DNA of 64,000 nucleotides from Candidatus Brocadiia bacterium. GTDB lineage: Bacteria; Planctomycetota; Brocadiia; CAIUPP01. The notes beneath the pieces are model-generated. The model did not search any database. It saw only the letters and a list, made by a program, of their open reading frames with translations, and had not been told where the DNA came from. Where the stretch lies: assembly GCA_050015075.1 (NCBI GenBank), contig JBEKCB010000005.1:64001-128000 (forward strand). Reading direction: 5' to 3'. Shown in pieces: positions 28,642 through 38,776 of the stretch. Within the stretch, counting starts at the first letter, position 1, and each line of letters begins with the position of its first letter. The position numbers were made by a program, and so were the translations under genes.

Positions 28642-29871
28642 CTACTTCAGGAAGAGGTAGTACAGCCGCCCTTCGTCCAGCATCCAGCCCGCGATGCGGC
28701 CTGCCTGGTCGCCGATCCCGATGTAGATGTCGGCGCGGCCGGCCGCGCGGATCGCCCCGCCGGAATCCTGGTCGAGCGCGAAATGCTGCCAGCGCACCTT
28801 CTCGCCGGACTCCGCCGCGATCGGCACCCGCGTGTCCACAAAAGCGAGACAGCCGCGCGGGAAAAGGCTCTTGTCCGTCGCGATGCTGCAGCGCTCGGTC
28901 ACCGGAACGCCCAGGCAGCCCAGCGGCGCGGTGTCGGTCTTCTGGAAGAAGACATACCGCTCGTTGCGCGGCAGGAACTCATCCATTTTCTCCGGGTTCT
29001 GCTGGAAGAACTTGATCAGGTTCGAGAGCGTCAGTTGCTCCTTCGGCAGAAGGCCCGCCTCCACGAGCGCCAAGCCGACGCTCGTGTAATTCTTTCCGTT
29101 GTTCGCCTGGTAGCCGGCCTTGAACATGCTGCCGTCCGGCAACCGAAGCTGCGCCGAGCCTTCCACGGTGCAGACGAACGCCTCGAAACGGTTCTTGAGA
29201 TAGACCAGTTCCTGCCCTTTGAGCGCGCCCTGGTCAATGTCCGCTCGGCTGTAATACGATTTCTCGACCGTCCCGTCCGGCAATTTGCGCCCGATGCACT
29301 CGCCGTTCGCGTCCTTGACCAGGTCCGGCGGCGTCTTGTAAAGCGGCCAGCGATACTCCGCCGTCGGCGTCAGGCTCGCGTCGAAGATCGGCGTGTAGTA
29401 CCCGGTGAAGAGCACCGTGCCTGCGTCGTCGCAGCCGACCGACTCGTACACGTCGAAGCCGGCCAGGATTCTGGCCTGGAGTTCGTCCCCCGAATGCGCC
29501 GAGGTCAGGATCTCCCGGAACGCCGCCAGGCTCTTGGCTGCGCGCTCATGCGTGATGTCCTGGACCGGGAAGAACTTTTTGCTCGATGGCTTCTCGAACC
29601 AGCCGATGCTCAGGTTCAGCGCCGTCAGCAGCCCTTCGCGGTCGGCATCGAAGGCCGCCCGAAAATCGGGCAGGCGCGCCGGGTCCGTAATCTTCCGCAG
29701 CGCGGGCATGCCCGCCGGAAGCGGGCGCGTGTAATCTTTCACCTCCGGCGAAGGCGGCTCGGGAATGTGAGTCTTCGCACATCCCGACATCAGCAGCGTG
29801 CAAGGCACGGCGCACGACAGAAGCCCCGCGCTCAGCAGGGAAAGCGCCATCCGGCGCGGCGTTGAAATCAT
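28642..29871 (-). CDS. mltA: Membrane-bound lytic murein transglycosylase A (lipoprotein)
   Basis: LMSGC lipobox, FTGYYTP, RYVFF, SIATD, DSGGAI, RADIYIG (3D domain). Confidence 0.9.
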   Translation of the reverse strand: MISTPRRMALSLLSAGLLSCAVPCTLLMSGCAKTHIPEPPSPEVKDYTRPLPAGMPALRKITDPARLPDFRAAFDADREGLLTALNLSIGWFEKPSSKKFFPVQDITHERAAKSLAAFREILTSAHSGDELQARILAGFDVYESVGCDDAGTVLFTGYYTPIFDASLTPTAEYRWPLYKTPPDLVKDANGECIGRKLPDGTVEKSYYSRADIDQGALKGQELVYLKNRFEAFVCTVEGSAQLRLPDGSMFKAGYQANNGKNYTSVGLALVEAGLLPKEQLTLSNLIKFFQQNPEKMDEFLPRNERYVFFQKTDTAPLGCLGVPVTERCSIATDKSLFPRGCLAFVDTRVPIAAESGEKVRWQHFALDQDSGGAIRAAGRADIYIGIGDQAGRIAGWMLDEGRLYYLFLK

Positions 29872-29984
29872 GCCAGGTCTCCGTCTCAAAAACCTCTTAT
29901 GGGGCAACCCGTTCAGGGCCATAGTCTAGCGCCCCTCGCGCGCCGCCGCAAGTCAGCCGCGGATCGGGCAGCGCAGTTTCCACA

Positions 29985-31061
29985 CTATCTCAGATAAAAC
30001 GGATTCGTGAAGATCCAGGGCGCGCCTTCGAGCCAGGCCTCGAAGCGATAGACGCCCGGGCCGGCCGGAGCGGCCGAGAGGCGGCCGGTGAGTTCCTTGA
30101 GGCGGCACTGCCCGTCCGCGATCCAGCGCACTTCCGCCGCGCGGGGCAAGGTGAGCGTCATCCGCGTTCCGTCGGCGAAGGGCGCTTCCTGGCCCATCTG
30201 CAGCGCGCGGCCGTCCGCCAGCCGGGCATCGCATCGCGCGCCGGCGGAGTTGGCGATGACGTCGTGCGCGACGAATCCGCGCCCCTCGACCAGCGCCTCG
30301 GTCAGCGCGGCGATCGGGTCGTTGCGCCAGTCTTCCGGCCGGATGAACAGGTGGTTGCGCACGAAGCCGAACATCTGCCGGTACGAGAACAACTCCAGCC
30401 GCGTGAGAGGAACGCGCCGGGCGTGGCAGTCCAGCCCGCCCAGCCCGCTCAGGCGGCGCTCGCGGCCGAACTGGTCCCACATTCGAAGCACGTGCGGGTC
30501 GGGCCCGCGCACGCGGCGCTCCGGGTGCTTCCAGAATTCGTACGCCGCCGGCAGACGCCACCATTCGATGCCGTCCACCCAGTCGTGCATGTACGACCAG
30601 ATCTCGATGCCGCGCACCGCCGGGTGGCCCCAGTCGTACAGCGGCGTGTGGTGGATGCCGAGCGAGCGCTTCCGTTTGCCCATCGGATGCGCGACGATGA
30701 CGTACCCGCCCTGCGCGCCGACGGCGTCCATCGTCCCCCGGTTGCGCCGGACGGCATATCCCTCGCAATGGCGCACGCGCAGAGCGAGCAGGTGGCCCTG
30801 GCGCCAGGGCGTGACTTCGGCGGCGGTGACCAGCGCCACGCCGTCATGGACGCCCTGCCAGCCTTCCCGGAACGCACCGAGGTTATCGTGGTCGGTCAGG
30901 ACAACGAAGTCCAGGCCGGCGCCGCGCGCGGCGGACAGAATCTCCTGGACCGTGCCGGTGCCGTCGCTGTAGCGCGAGTGGATGTGCAGCGCCCCGATGC
31001 GCTCGAGCCATTCGCCCGGGCGCGCGCCGCTCGAATCGCCGTCGGATGAGTCGGAAGCCAT
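29985..31061 (-). CDS. PHP-domain metallohydrolase
   Basis: LHIHSRYSDG, LTDHD, VAHP, GIEIW, GGLDCH; ATG 31061 chosen. Confidence 0.85.
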   Translation of the reverse strand: MASDSSDGDSSGARPGEWLERIGALHIHSRYSDGTGTVQEILSAARGAGLDFVVLTDHDNLGAFREGWQGVHDGVALVTAAEVTPWRQGHLLALRVRHCEGYAVRRNRGTMDAVGAQGGYVIVAHPMGKRKRSLGIHHTPLYDWGHPAVRGIEIWSYMHDWVDGIEWWRLPAAYEFWKHPERRVRGPDPHVLRMWDQFGRERRLSGLGGLDCHARRVPLTRLELFSYRQMFGFVRNHLFIRPEDWRNDPIAALTEALVEGRGFVAHDVIANSAGARCDARLADGRALQMGQEAPFADGTRMTLTLPRAAEVRWIADGQCRLKELTGRLSAAPAGPGVYRFEAWLEGAPWIFTNPFYLR

Positions 31062-31279
31062 TATTGCGTCCAGTGTTGCGCCTCTTCCCTGCGGAGGCCC
31101 GTCGTCGCGCAGGGTCCAATCCAGACAGGCTACTATAAACAGTCCTCCGCGGAGTGTCCAGCGCACGGGCCGCCCGGCCTCGGCCCAGCCATGGATTTCG
31201 CGGGCACACAGCTTGACAAGACGTTCGGCATTGAGTATCAAGTACGAAGAACTCCGGATACCCGAATGGAGGATGGCGC

Positions 31280-32680
31280 ATGGCTCGCCCATTGGCGCTT
31301 TGCGCGGGCATTCTCGTGCTCGCAATACTCGTCCCGGTCGCATGGCCCCAGGAAGCCCCAGCGCCCGCTGCACCCGCGGCGGCACCTGCGGCGGCGCCCG
31401 CTGCGCCCGCGGCGCCCGAAGACCCGCTGGCCAACGCGATCGCGGCCGTCAAGGCGCCTGCCGCGGCGAGGGCGACCGATCTCGCGGAGGCGCGCAACTA
31501 TCTGGTGGATCAACGCCAGGTCGCGCGCCCGCTCATCGTGCAACTGCTCGGCGATGAGGACGCGCAGGTCCGAATGAATGCCGCTATCGTCCTCGCCCAG
31601 ATGGCGGCCGCCGGCGACACATCGGCGGCGACGATCCAGGCTCTGCGGACGGCGGCGAAGGACCAGGAATTCGCCGTGGCGTATTGGGGATTCCAAGGCC
31701 TGATGAGCGACGGCGTCCCCGCGGCGGATCAGAGCATGGTGATCAGCGAGATGATGCAGATGGAGCGCCCGCGCGCGCTGCGCCTAGCCGCGCTCACGAC
31801 CCTCGGCGACAAGAAACCGATGGCCGCCGCTCCGATTATCGTCAGCCACCTCCAGGAAATCCTGAAGGAATACACAGCGCAGGTGGAAACGGTGGTGACG
31901 TCGGCGGAAACGATCACGCGCGTGGGCCCGGGGACTTACACCGGTCAGGGGCCTTACACCGGTCAGGGACCTTACACGGGTCCGGGGCGCGGCGCTCGCG
32001 GCCCGATGTACGGGGTGCCGTCATCTGGCCCTCCGAGCCCTTCTGGCCCTCCCAGCCCTTCCGGCCCTCCTAGCCCTTCTGGCCCTCCAGCAACGCCAGG
32101 GCCGGCAGGAGGGCGTCAGAACATGCCCCCCAATTATATGAATAGAGGCTCAGGGATGTATTCAGGCCCTCAGGGCCAAGGATATTCGAGAGGCATGCGA
32201 GGCGGCCGGGGTGGAGCCGAGGGCACACCCACGCAGAGCAATCCGGAGGGCGCACCCACGCCGGGCGCAGGCATGCCGGGCCAGCCCCGTACCGAGGCCG
32301 TGGTCGCGCAGGTGCGCCGCGCGGACCTCGGCAATATGACGCTCGACAGGCTCCAGGCGCTTACCCACGCCGTGGAAGCCCTGACGCTTGTAGCGGAGGT
32401 TCATCAGATGGGCCTGGTGCTCGAAGACATCGTGGCGAACAGCTCGCCGGAGGCGCCGCTGTTCGATTTCAAGACCACGCCGCCGTGGGACCTGGACAAG
32501 TGCGTAGCTAAGGCCGTGATCTACATGAATAGCCATCGCGCAGACTTCGGCGCGGCGCCCGAGGGGCCGAAGCCGCCCGCGCCTCCGGCGCCCGCGGTTC
32601 CTCCGGAGGCTCCGCCCGCGACCGGGACGGCTCCCGCAACGACGGCAGCTACGCCGGCAGCCACAACGCCGGCGCCGTAG
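31280..32680 (+). CDS. Exported HEAT-repeat protein with a central low-complexity insert
   Basis: Signal peptide; LLGDEDAQVRMNAAIVL HEAT motif; (GPYTGQ)n, (SGPPSP)n and RGMRGGRGG; Pro/Ala termini. Confidence 0.75.
   Translation: MARPLALCAGILVLAILVPVAWPQEAPAPAAPAAAPAAAPAAPAAPEDPLANAIAAVKAPAAARATDLAEARNYLVDQRQVARPLIVQLLGDEDAQVRMNAAIVLAQMAAAGDTSAATIQALRTAAKDQEFAVAYWGFQGLMSDGVPAADQSMVISEMMQMERPRALRLAALTTLGDKKPMAAAPIIVSHLQEILKEYTAQVETVVTSAETITRVGPGTYTGQGPYTGQGPYTGPGRGARGPMYGVPSSGPPSPSGPPSPSGPPSPSGPPATPGPAGGRQNMPPNYMNRGSGMYSGPQGQGYSRGMRGGRGGAEGTPTQSNPEGAPTPGAGMPGQPRTEAVVAQVRRADLGNMTLDRLQALTHAVEALTLVAEVHQMGLVLEDIVANSSPEAPLFDFKTTPPWDLDKCVAKAVIYMNSHRADFGAAPEGPKPPAPPAPAVPPEAPPATGTAPATTAATPAATTPAP
31927..32090 (+). 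repeat. Two in-frame 18-bp tandem repeat blocks
   Basis: Approximately (CCTTACACCGGTCAGGGG)x3 and (TCTGGCCCTCCnAGCCCT)x4. Confidence 0.7.
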
Positions 32681-32728
32681 TTCGAGGCGCATTCAGCGCG
32701 GCCCGGGCGAATTCCCCGCGAAGCCCCC

Positions 32729-33721
32729 CTAGCGGTTCAACTGCGCGTCGAACGCGACGGCGCTGGGCGCGAAGTCCAGGTTCCGGACGAACCGGCATGC
32801 CTCGCGCGCCCCTTGCTCGCGGTCCATCGCCGAATCCTCCCACTCGACCGACAGCGGCCCGTTGTAGCCGATCTGGTTGAGCGCGCGGAGGATCGCCTCG
32901 AAATCCACCTTGCCGCGGCCGAGGCTGCGGAAATTCCAACCGCGCCGCGCGTCGCCGAAATCCAGGTGGCTGCCCAGGATGCCGCTCTCGCCGTCCAGCG
33001 TCACGATCGCGTCTTTCATGTGCACGTGGCAGATGCGGTCGCGGAATCGCAGCAGGAACTTCACGGGGTCCACGCCCTGCCAGTGCAGGTGCGAGGGATC
33101 GAAGTTGAAACCGAAACTCCGGTCGCCGCCGATCGCCGCCAGCGCGCGCTCCGCGGTGACCAGGTCGAACGCGATCTCCGTCGGATGCACCTCCAGCGCG
33201 AACCGCACCTTGTTCCGCTTGAACTGCGCCAGAATCGGCCGCCACATCTCGGCGAAGTAGGCGAACCCCTTGTTGATGTCCGCCTGGCTGACCGGTGGGA
33301 ACGCGTAAAGCATGTGCCAAATGGAACTTCCGGTAAAGCCGATGACGACCGGCACGCCCAGGTTCCGCGCCGCGGCGGCGGACTTTTTCATCGCCTCCAC
33401 CGCCCACTTGCGCTTGGCTTCCGGCTTGCCGTGGCAGGCTTTCGGCGCGAACGCGTCGCTGCGGCCGTCCGAGTTCAGGTCGCAGACCAGTTGCCCGGCC
33501 AGGTGGTTCGATATTGCCCAGCAGCCGAGACCGTACCGCGCCAGCAGCGCGCGCCGCTCGTCGCAGTACCTCTTCGACGAGGCCGCTTTGTCAATGTCGA
33601 AATGGTCGCCCCAGCAGGCCAGCTCCAGCCCGTCATATCCCATGTCCTTGGCCATCTCGCACATCCGCTCGATCGGCAGGTCCGCCCATTGCCCCGTGAA
33701 CAGCGTCACCTTGCGCGCCAT
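32729..33721 (-). CDS. Sugar phosphate isomerase/epimerase (IolE/AP-endonuclease-2 TIM barrel)
   Basis: LFTGQWADL, FALEVHPTE, NFDPSH, HVHMKD, LSVEWED. Confidence 0.9.
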   Translation of the reverse strand: MARKVTLFTGQWADLPIERMCEMAKDMGYDGLELACWGDHFDIDKAASSKRYCDERRALLARYGLGCWAISNHLAGQLVCDLNSDGRSDAFAPKACHGKPEAKRKWAVEAMKKSAAAARNLGVPVVIGFTGSSIWHMLYAFPPVSQADINKGFAYFAEMWRPILAQFKRNKVRFALEVHPTEIAFDLVTAERALAAIGGDRSFGFNFDPSHLHWQGVDPVKFLLRFRDRICHVHMKDAIVTLDGESGILGSHLDFGDARRGWNFRSLGRGKVDFEAILRALNQIGYNGPLSVEWEDSAMDREQGAREACRFVRNLDFAPSAVAFDAQLNR

Positions 33722-33791
33722 GGCAGTGCTCCTTCCAGAAAATTGGTCGCCTATTATTACCCTTTTTTCTGGGGTTTGACAAGGTGATTTC

Positions 33792-33820
33792 TTGCAGCCA
33801 GCAGGAACGGTTGCTAAAAT
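33792..33820 (+). promoter_or_regulatory. Putative promoter of the hicB remnant
   Basis: TTGCAG-N17-TAAAAT with TGC before the -10 box. Confidence 0.45.
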
Positions 33821-33841
33821 GGAAAAAGATCGGAGAAGACC

Positions 33842-34021
33842 ATGGAACTGACAGCAATATTTCGGAAAGTGCCAGGCGGGTATGTCGGGTTCGTCGAGGA
33901 GTTGCCCGGTGCTAGCACGCAGGGACGAACGCTCGCTGAGGCGCGGCGGAACCTGTCCGAGGCGGTGGAACTCGTACTGGATGCAAACCGCGTGCTGGCG
34001 GAGACCTCGGCCTCTACGTGA
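33842..34021 (+). CDS. hicB: HicB-like (UPF0150) antitoxin, probably C-terminally truncated, 59 aa
   Basis: Hand translation MELTAIFRKVPGGYVGFVEELPGASTQGRTLAEARRNLSEAVELVLDANRVLAETSAST; GGAGA SD. Confidence 0.8.
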   Translation: MELTAIFRKVPGGYVGFVEELPGASTQGRTLAEARRNLSEAVELVLDANRVLAETSAST

Positions 34022-34122
34022 ATCGTCGCGCCCGGAAGTCCTCAACTGTGCCGCGCCATCGCGAGGTCTTCGAGTTCGCCGCCCGCAAGATATGCAAAGA
34101 CTTGGAGATCCCTTCTCCGTAG
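34015..34122 (+). pseudogene. hicA: HicA toxin C-terminal fragment
   Basis: YVNRRARKSSTVPRHREVFEFAARKICKDLEIPSP*; the N-terminal helix and GxH catalytic motif are missing. Confidence 0.7.
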
Positions 34123-34140
34123 ATCCGCTTCAAACTGTAT

Positions 34141-35331
34141 TCACCCTTTCGGCAGCTTCACCCACTTCGACCCGAGCTGGTTGGATCGGACCACCGCTTC
34201 GAGGAACTGCATGCCGCGCACGCCGTCGTCCACCGTCGGGAAATCCAGCGCCAGCGGGTCGGGCTTGACGCCGTCGAGGGCGGCGCGGATCGTCGCGCCG
34301 ATGTTGACGTAGAGGTTCGCGAACGCCGAGATGTATCCCTCCGGATGACCGAACGGCACCCGCATGGCGCGCGCCGCGGCCGGGCTCTTTACGCCGATGT
34401 AGCCGTTGCCGCGCCGCCAGACCTGCACGGGCTGCTCGATCCCGCGGACGTACAGCTCGTTCGGGTTCTCCTGGAACCATTCGAGGCTCCGCTTCTGCCC
34501 GTAAACCCAGATCGCCAGGTCGTTCTCCTCGCCGATCGAGACCTGGCTGGAGATGAGGACTCCCTTTACGCCGCGGTCGAAGCGGACGAGGCAGTTGCCG
34601 TCGTCGGGGATCCTGCGGCCCGGGATGAAGGTCGTCAGGTCGGCGCAGATTTCGCGGATGTGCAGGCCGGTGACGTACTCCGCCAGGTTGGCCGCGTGCG
34701 TGCCCAGGTCGCCCATGCAGCCGGCGGCGCCGGAGCGCTTCGGGTCGGTGCGCCACTGCGCCTGCTTCGAGCCGCGCCGCTCGAGCGGCTGAACCAGCCA
34801 GGCTTGCGGGTACTGCACGATGATCTTGAGCAGGCGCCCGAGGTCGCCCTGCCGGATCATGTCGCGCGCGAGCTTGACCATCGGGTAGCCCGGGTAGTTG
34901 TGCGTGAGCGCGAAGACCTTTTTCGATTTGCGCACGATCGCGCGCAGCGCCAGCGCCTCGCGGACGTCCATCGTCATCGGCTTGTCGCAGACGACGTTGA
35001 ACCCGGCCTGCAGGAAATCGCGCGACACGGGAAAGTGCAGGTGGTTCGGCGTGACGATCGAGACGAAATCTATCCGTTCGTCCTGCGGCAGCGCCAGTTC
35101 GCCGCGGATCATCTCGGCGACGCTGCCGTAAACCCGCCGCGGGTCCAGGCGCTGCTCGCGGCCGGTCTGCCGCGATTTTTCCGGATCGCTGCTGAACGCG
35201 CCCGCCACCAGCCGGATGCCGCCGTCCATCCGCGCGGCCTTGCGATGGATCTCGCCGATGAACGAGCCCGGCCCGCCGCCGACCATGCCCATCCGCAGAT
35301 CGCGACCAAATGCGGAGTTTTCTCCAGCCAT
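34141..35331 (-). CDS. Gfo/Idh/MocA family oxidoreductase
   Basis: GMVGGG, IVTPNHLH, CDKP, THNYPGYP, GDLGTHA, GHPEGY. Confidence 0.92.
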   Translation of the reverse strand: MAGENSAFGRDLRMGMVGGGPGSFIGEIHRKAARMDGGIRLVAGAFSSDPEKSRQTGREQRLDPRRVYGSVAEMIRGELALPQDERIDFVSIVTPNHLHFPVSRDFLQAGFNVVCDKPMTMDVREALALRAIVRKSKKVFALTHNYPGYPMVKLARDMIRQGDLGRLLKIIVQYPQAWLVQPLERRGSKQAQWRTDPKRSGAAGCMGDLGTHAANLAEYVTGLHIREICADLTTFIPGRRIPDDGNCLVRFDRGVKGVLISSQVSIGEENDLAIWVYGQKRSLEWFQENPNELYVRGIEQPVQVWRRGNGYIGVKSPAAARAMRVPFGHPEGYISAFANLYVNIGATIRAALDGVKPDPLALDFPTVDDGVRGMQFLEAVVRSNQLGSKWVKLPKG

Positions 35332-35368
35332 GCCTGACCCTCCTATTGATCAAAGAAAACAACGGCCG

Positions 35369-35486
35369 TTTTTGCCACGGATTTCACGGATTTCCACGGA
35401 TTAACGAAAGACGAAGACGAATACTCTTTCACCCTTGCCGGCCGTAGCCGGTAATCCGTGGCCATCCGTGCAATCCGTGGCAAAAA
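35369..35486. mobile_element. MITE-like palindromic element, copy 1 (CACGGAT units)
   Basis: TTTTTGCCACGGATTTCACGGATTTCCACGGATTA ... TAATCCGTGGCCATCCGTGCAATCCGTGGCAAAAA terminal inverted arms; second copy at 41742. Confidence 0.7.
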
Positions 35487-35498
35487 CTTGCCCTTCTA

Positions 35499-36533
35499 TT
35501 ACCGAACCGCGAAGCACGCAACCCAGTGGCCGCCGCCGACGTCGTGCAGGTGCGGCTCGTGCTCCTTGCACTGCGCGGTGCAGCGCTTGCAGCCGCGGTC
35601 GTAGAAACGACAGTAGTCCGGCGGATTCAGCGCGCTGGGCACGCCGCCCTCGAGGATGATCCGCTTGCGCTGCGTCTTCGGGTCCGGCACCGGCACCGCC
35701 GAGAGCAGGGCCAGCGTGTACGGGTGCACCGGGTTCTTGAAAAGCTCCGCGCTGGAGGCCGTCTCGACGATCTTGCCCATGTACATCACCGCGACGCGGT
35801 CGCTGATGTACTTGACCACGGCCAGGTCGTGCGCGATGAAGAGGTAGCTGAGCCCGAATTCCTCCCGGAGGTCCTGCAGCAGGTTGATGACCTGCGCCTG
35901 GATGGAGACGTCGAGCGCACTGACCGCCTCGTCGCAGACGATGAAGTCGGGGTTGAGCGCGATCGCGCGCGCGATGCCGATGCGCTGGCGCTGGCCGCCG
36001 GAGAACTCGTGCGGGTAGCGGTCCATGTGGCCCGCCTCGAGGCCGACGCGCTCGAGGAGACCGCGCACGCGGTCGCGCTGCTCCTGGCCGCGCGCGATGC
36101 GGTGGATCGTCAGCGCCTCGCCGACGATCGCGCCGGCGGTCATCCGCGGGTTCAGCGACGAGTACGGGTCCTGGAAAATGATCTGCATGTGCCGCCGCTC
36201 GAGCCGCAGTTCTTCCGCCGAGAGCCCCAGGATGTCCCGTCCGCGGAACACGATCCGGCCGCCGGTCGGCTCGATCAGGCGGAGGATCGAGCGCCCCGTG
36301 GTAGTCTTGCCGCAGCCGCTCTCGCCGACCAGGCCGAGCGTCTCCTTGCGCCCGAGCGTGAACGAGATGCCGTCCACCGCCTTCACCTGCGCGACCACCT
36401 TGCGCAGCAGGCCCTTGCGGACAGGGAAATATTTCTTCAGGTCGGAGACCGTCAGCAGCGGTTCGTCCCGCGATGCCGCCGGTCCGTTGCCTGCGTTGCC
36501 TGCGTTGCCTGCGTTTCCTATTTCACTCTGCAT
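35499..36533 (-). CDS. oppF: Oligo/dipeptide ABC transporter ATPase (OppF/DppF-like)
   Basis: [41 protein letters not shown]; N-terminus includes (GNA)x3 from a 9-bp repeat. Confidence 0.92.
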   Translation of the reverse strand: MQSEIGNAGNAGNAGNGPAASRDEPLLTVSDLKKYFPVRKGLLRKVVAQVKAVDGISFTLGRKETLGLVGESGCGKTTTGRSILRLIEPTGGRIVFRGRDILGLSAEELRLERRHMQIIFQDPYSSLNPRMTAGAIVGEALTIHRIARGQEQRDRVRGLLERVGLEAGHMDRYPHEFSGGQRQRIGIARAIALNPDFIVCDEAVSALDVSIQAQVINLLQDLREEFGLSYLFIAHDLAVVKYISDRVAVMYMGKIVETASSAELFKNPVHPYTLALLSAVPVPDPKTQRKRIILEGGVPSALNPPDYCRFYDRGCKRCTAQCKEHEPHLHDVGGGHWVACFAVR

Positions 36534-36558
36534 TCTGCACTCTTCATCCGAACTTCAC
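36486..36558. repeat. 9-bp tandem repeat plus 7-bp-periodic half element at the oppD/oppF junction
   Basis: (GTTGCCTGC)x3, then CACTCTG CATTCTG CACTCTT. Confidence 0.6.
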
Positions 36559-37526
36559 TTGAGCACCCAGCACGCCGACCAATGATTCGGCCGCTTCTCC
36601 TCAAGCGGCGGCTGTTCCTGGCTGCAGCGATCAATCGCCAGCGGGCAGCGCGGGTGAAAACGGCAGCCCGTGGGCCAGTGCGTCGGGCTCGGGACCTGGC
36701 CCTGGATCGCATCGAGCCGCGCCGCGCGCTCGGAGTCGAGCCGCGGGATGGACTTGAAGAGCGCGATCGTGTACGGATGGCGCGGATTTTCGAAGAGGTC
36801 CTCCATCGGCGAATATTCCGCCGCCCGGCCCGCGTACATGACCAGGACGCGCTTCGCCATCCCGGCGACGATGCCGAGGTTGTGCGTGATGAGCAGGATC
36901 GCCATGCCTAGATCGCGCTGCAGGCTCGCCAGCAGGTCCAGGATTTCGGCCTGGATCGTCACGTCGAGCGCGGTCGTCGGTTCGTCGGCGATCAGCAGCG
37001 CCGGGCGGCAGACGAGCGCCATCGCGATCATGACGCGCTGCTTCATCCCGCCGGAAAGCTGGTGCGGATACTCGTCCACGCGCTGGTCCGGGTTGGGGAT
37101 GCCGACGCGGCGCAGCATGTCCACGGCCAGTCCGCGCGCCTCCTCGGCGCCCTTCTTCTGATGAAGGCGGACTGCCTCGATGATCTGGTTGCCGACGGTG
37201 AAAACGGGGTTGAGCGAAGTCATCGGCTCCTGGAAAATCATGGAGATCTGCCCGCCCCGCACGCCGCACATCTCGCGCGTCGAGAGACCCAGGAGGTTCC
37301 GCCCGCGCAGCAGAATCTCGCCCGACTCGATCTGTCCGGGCCGGTCCACCAGCCGCAGGATCGAGAGCGCGGTCACGGATTTCCCGCAGCCCGATTCGCC
37401 CACCAGGCCGAGGGTCTCGCCCTCGGCGATCTCGAACGATAATCCATCCACCGCCCGCGCGACGCCGTCGAGCGTGCGGAAATTCGTGTGCAGATCCTTC
37501 ACTTGCAGCAGCATCGGCTCGTTCAT
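36555..37526 (-). CDS. oppD: Oligo/dipeptide ABC transporter ATPase (OppD/DppD-like)
   Basis: [43 protein letters not shown]. Confidence 0.93.
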   Translation of the reverse strand: MNEPMLLQVKDLHTNFRTLDGVARAVDGLSFEIAEGETLGLVGESGCGKSVTALSILRLVDRPGQIESGEILLRGRNLLGLSTREMCGVRGGQISMIFQEPMTSLNPVFTVGNQIIEAVRLHQKKGAEEARGLAVDMLRRVGIPNPDQRVDEYPHQLSGGMKQRVMIAMALVCRPALLIADEPTTALDVTIQAEILDLLASLQRDLGMAILLITHNLGIVAGMAKRVLVMYAGRAAEYSPMEDLFENPRHPYTIALFKSIPRLDSERAARLDAIQGQVPSPTHWPTGCRFHPRCPLAIDRCSQEQPPLEEKRPNHWSACWVLK

Positions 37527-37531
37527 GGTCG

Positions 37532-38776
37532 TTATATTTTCAGCCTCGGGTCCAGCGCGTCGCGCAGGCCTTCGCCGACCAGGTTATACACGGTCACGGT
37601 GACGAAAATCATCACGCCGGGCCAGACGGTCAGCCACCAGTAGCCGGTCGGCCACGCCTGGGCCTGGTTGAGGAGTTCGCCCCAGGAGGCCGTCGGCGGG
37701 CGGACGCCGAAACCGAGGAACGAAAGACCGCTTTCGGTCAGGATGGCGCCGGCGACTCCGAAGCTGACCGCGACGAAGACCGGCGCGATGCTGTTCGGCA
37801 GCAGGTGGCGCAGCATCACGCGCCACGAGCCGGCGCCCAGGGCATGCGCGGCGACGACGTAGTCCTTGGCGTTCTCCGAGAGCATCTGCCCGCGCACCAG
37901 GCGCGCGACGTCGGTCCAGCCGGTCAGCCCGATGACGAGCATGACGTTGAAGATCGAGCGCTTCTCCACGAAGGCCATGATCGTGAGGATCAGGAGGAAC
38001 GTCGGGAAGCAGATGACGATCTCGACGACGCGCTGGAGGAGCAGGTCCACCCAGCCGAAATAGTAAGCCGACACCGCGCCGACAAAGAGACCGATGAGCA
38101 CCGCCACACCCACGGAAAGGAAACCGACCGAGAGCGACACGCGCGAGCCGTGAATGACGCGCACGAGCACGTCGCTGCCGGAACGGTCGGTGCCCATCGG
38201 ATGGGCGGCGCTGGGCGCGGAATACGGCTCGTTCGGCAACTGCTCGAACGGCCCGTACGGCACCGGCGGCAGAACCAGCCAGTCGGTCGAGCCCGGCCCG
38301 GCCTGCGCCGCCAGACCTCGGTAATCAGTTTTGTCCAGCCGGCTCCGCACGAGAAAGAAGGGGACCAGGCAGGCGACGGCGAGCACCGCGGCGCTCCAGC
38401 CCAGCGCCGCCGCGCGCCACGCCTTGCGGCGGACGGCCAGCCACAGCGGAACGAGGACGACCAGCGACGCGGCCGTCAGGACCAGCGCGTAGTTGAAGAC
38501 GCGCTCCAGGAACTGCTCGGGGACTTCCTCGCTCGGCGCGAAGACTTCGCGGAGCATCGGCGAGCTGAGCCGGCCGTGCCAGCGCATCAGGATCGGCTTG
38601 TTGTTGGCGATCAGCGGGGCGGCGATGGCCACCGCGAACAGGGCCGCGATCAACATCAGCCCTCCGACCGCGATCCAGTTGCGGCGGAACTGGCGCCAGA
38701 CCATCGCGCGATACGTGCGCGGCTTGTCCGGCAGCGCGGCGTCATTCGTAAGTGATTCGCGGGTCAACGACGGCAT
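37532..38776 (-). CDS. oppC: ABC transporter permease (OppC-like, with an extra two-TM insert)
   Basis: [33 protein letters not shown] loop, ESGLSFLG; start uncertain. Confidence 0.9.
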   Translation of the reverse strand: MPSLTRESLTNDAALPDKPRTYRAMVWRQFRRNWIAVGGLMLIAALFAVAIAAPLIANNKPILMRWHGRLSSPMLREVFAPSEEVPEQFLERVFNYALVLTAASLVVLVPLWLAVRRKAWRAAALGWSAAVLAVACLVPFFLVRSRLDKTDYRGLAAQAGPGSTDWLVLPPVPYGPFEQLPNEPYSAPSAAHPMGTDRSGSDVLVRVIHGSRVSLSVGFLSVGVAVLIGLFVGAVSAYYFGWVDLLLQRVVEIVICFPTFLLILTIMAFVEKRSIFNVMLVIGLTGWTDVARLVRGQMLSENAKDYVVAAHALGAGSWRVMLRHLLPNSIAPVFVAVSFGVAGAILTESGLSFLGFGVRPPTASWGELLNQAQAWPTGYWWLTVWPGVMIFVTVTVYNLVGEGLRDALDPRLKI

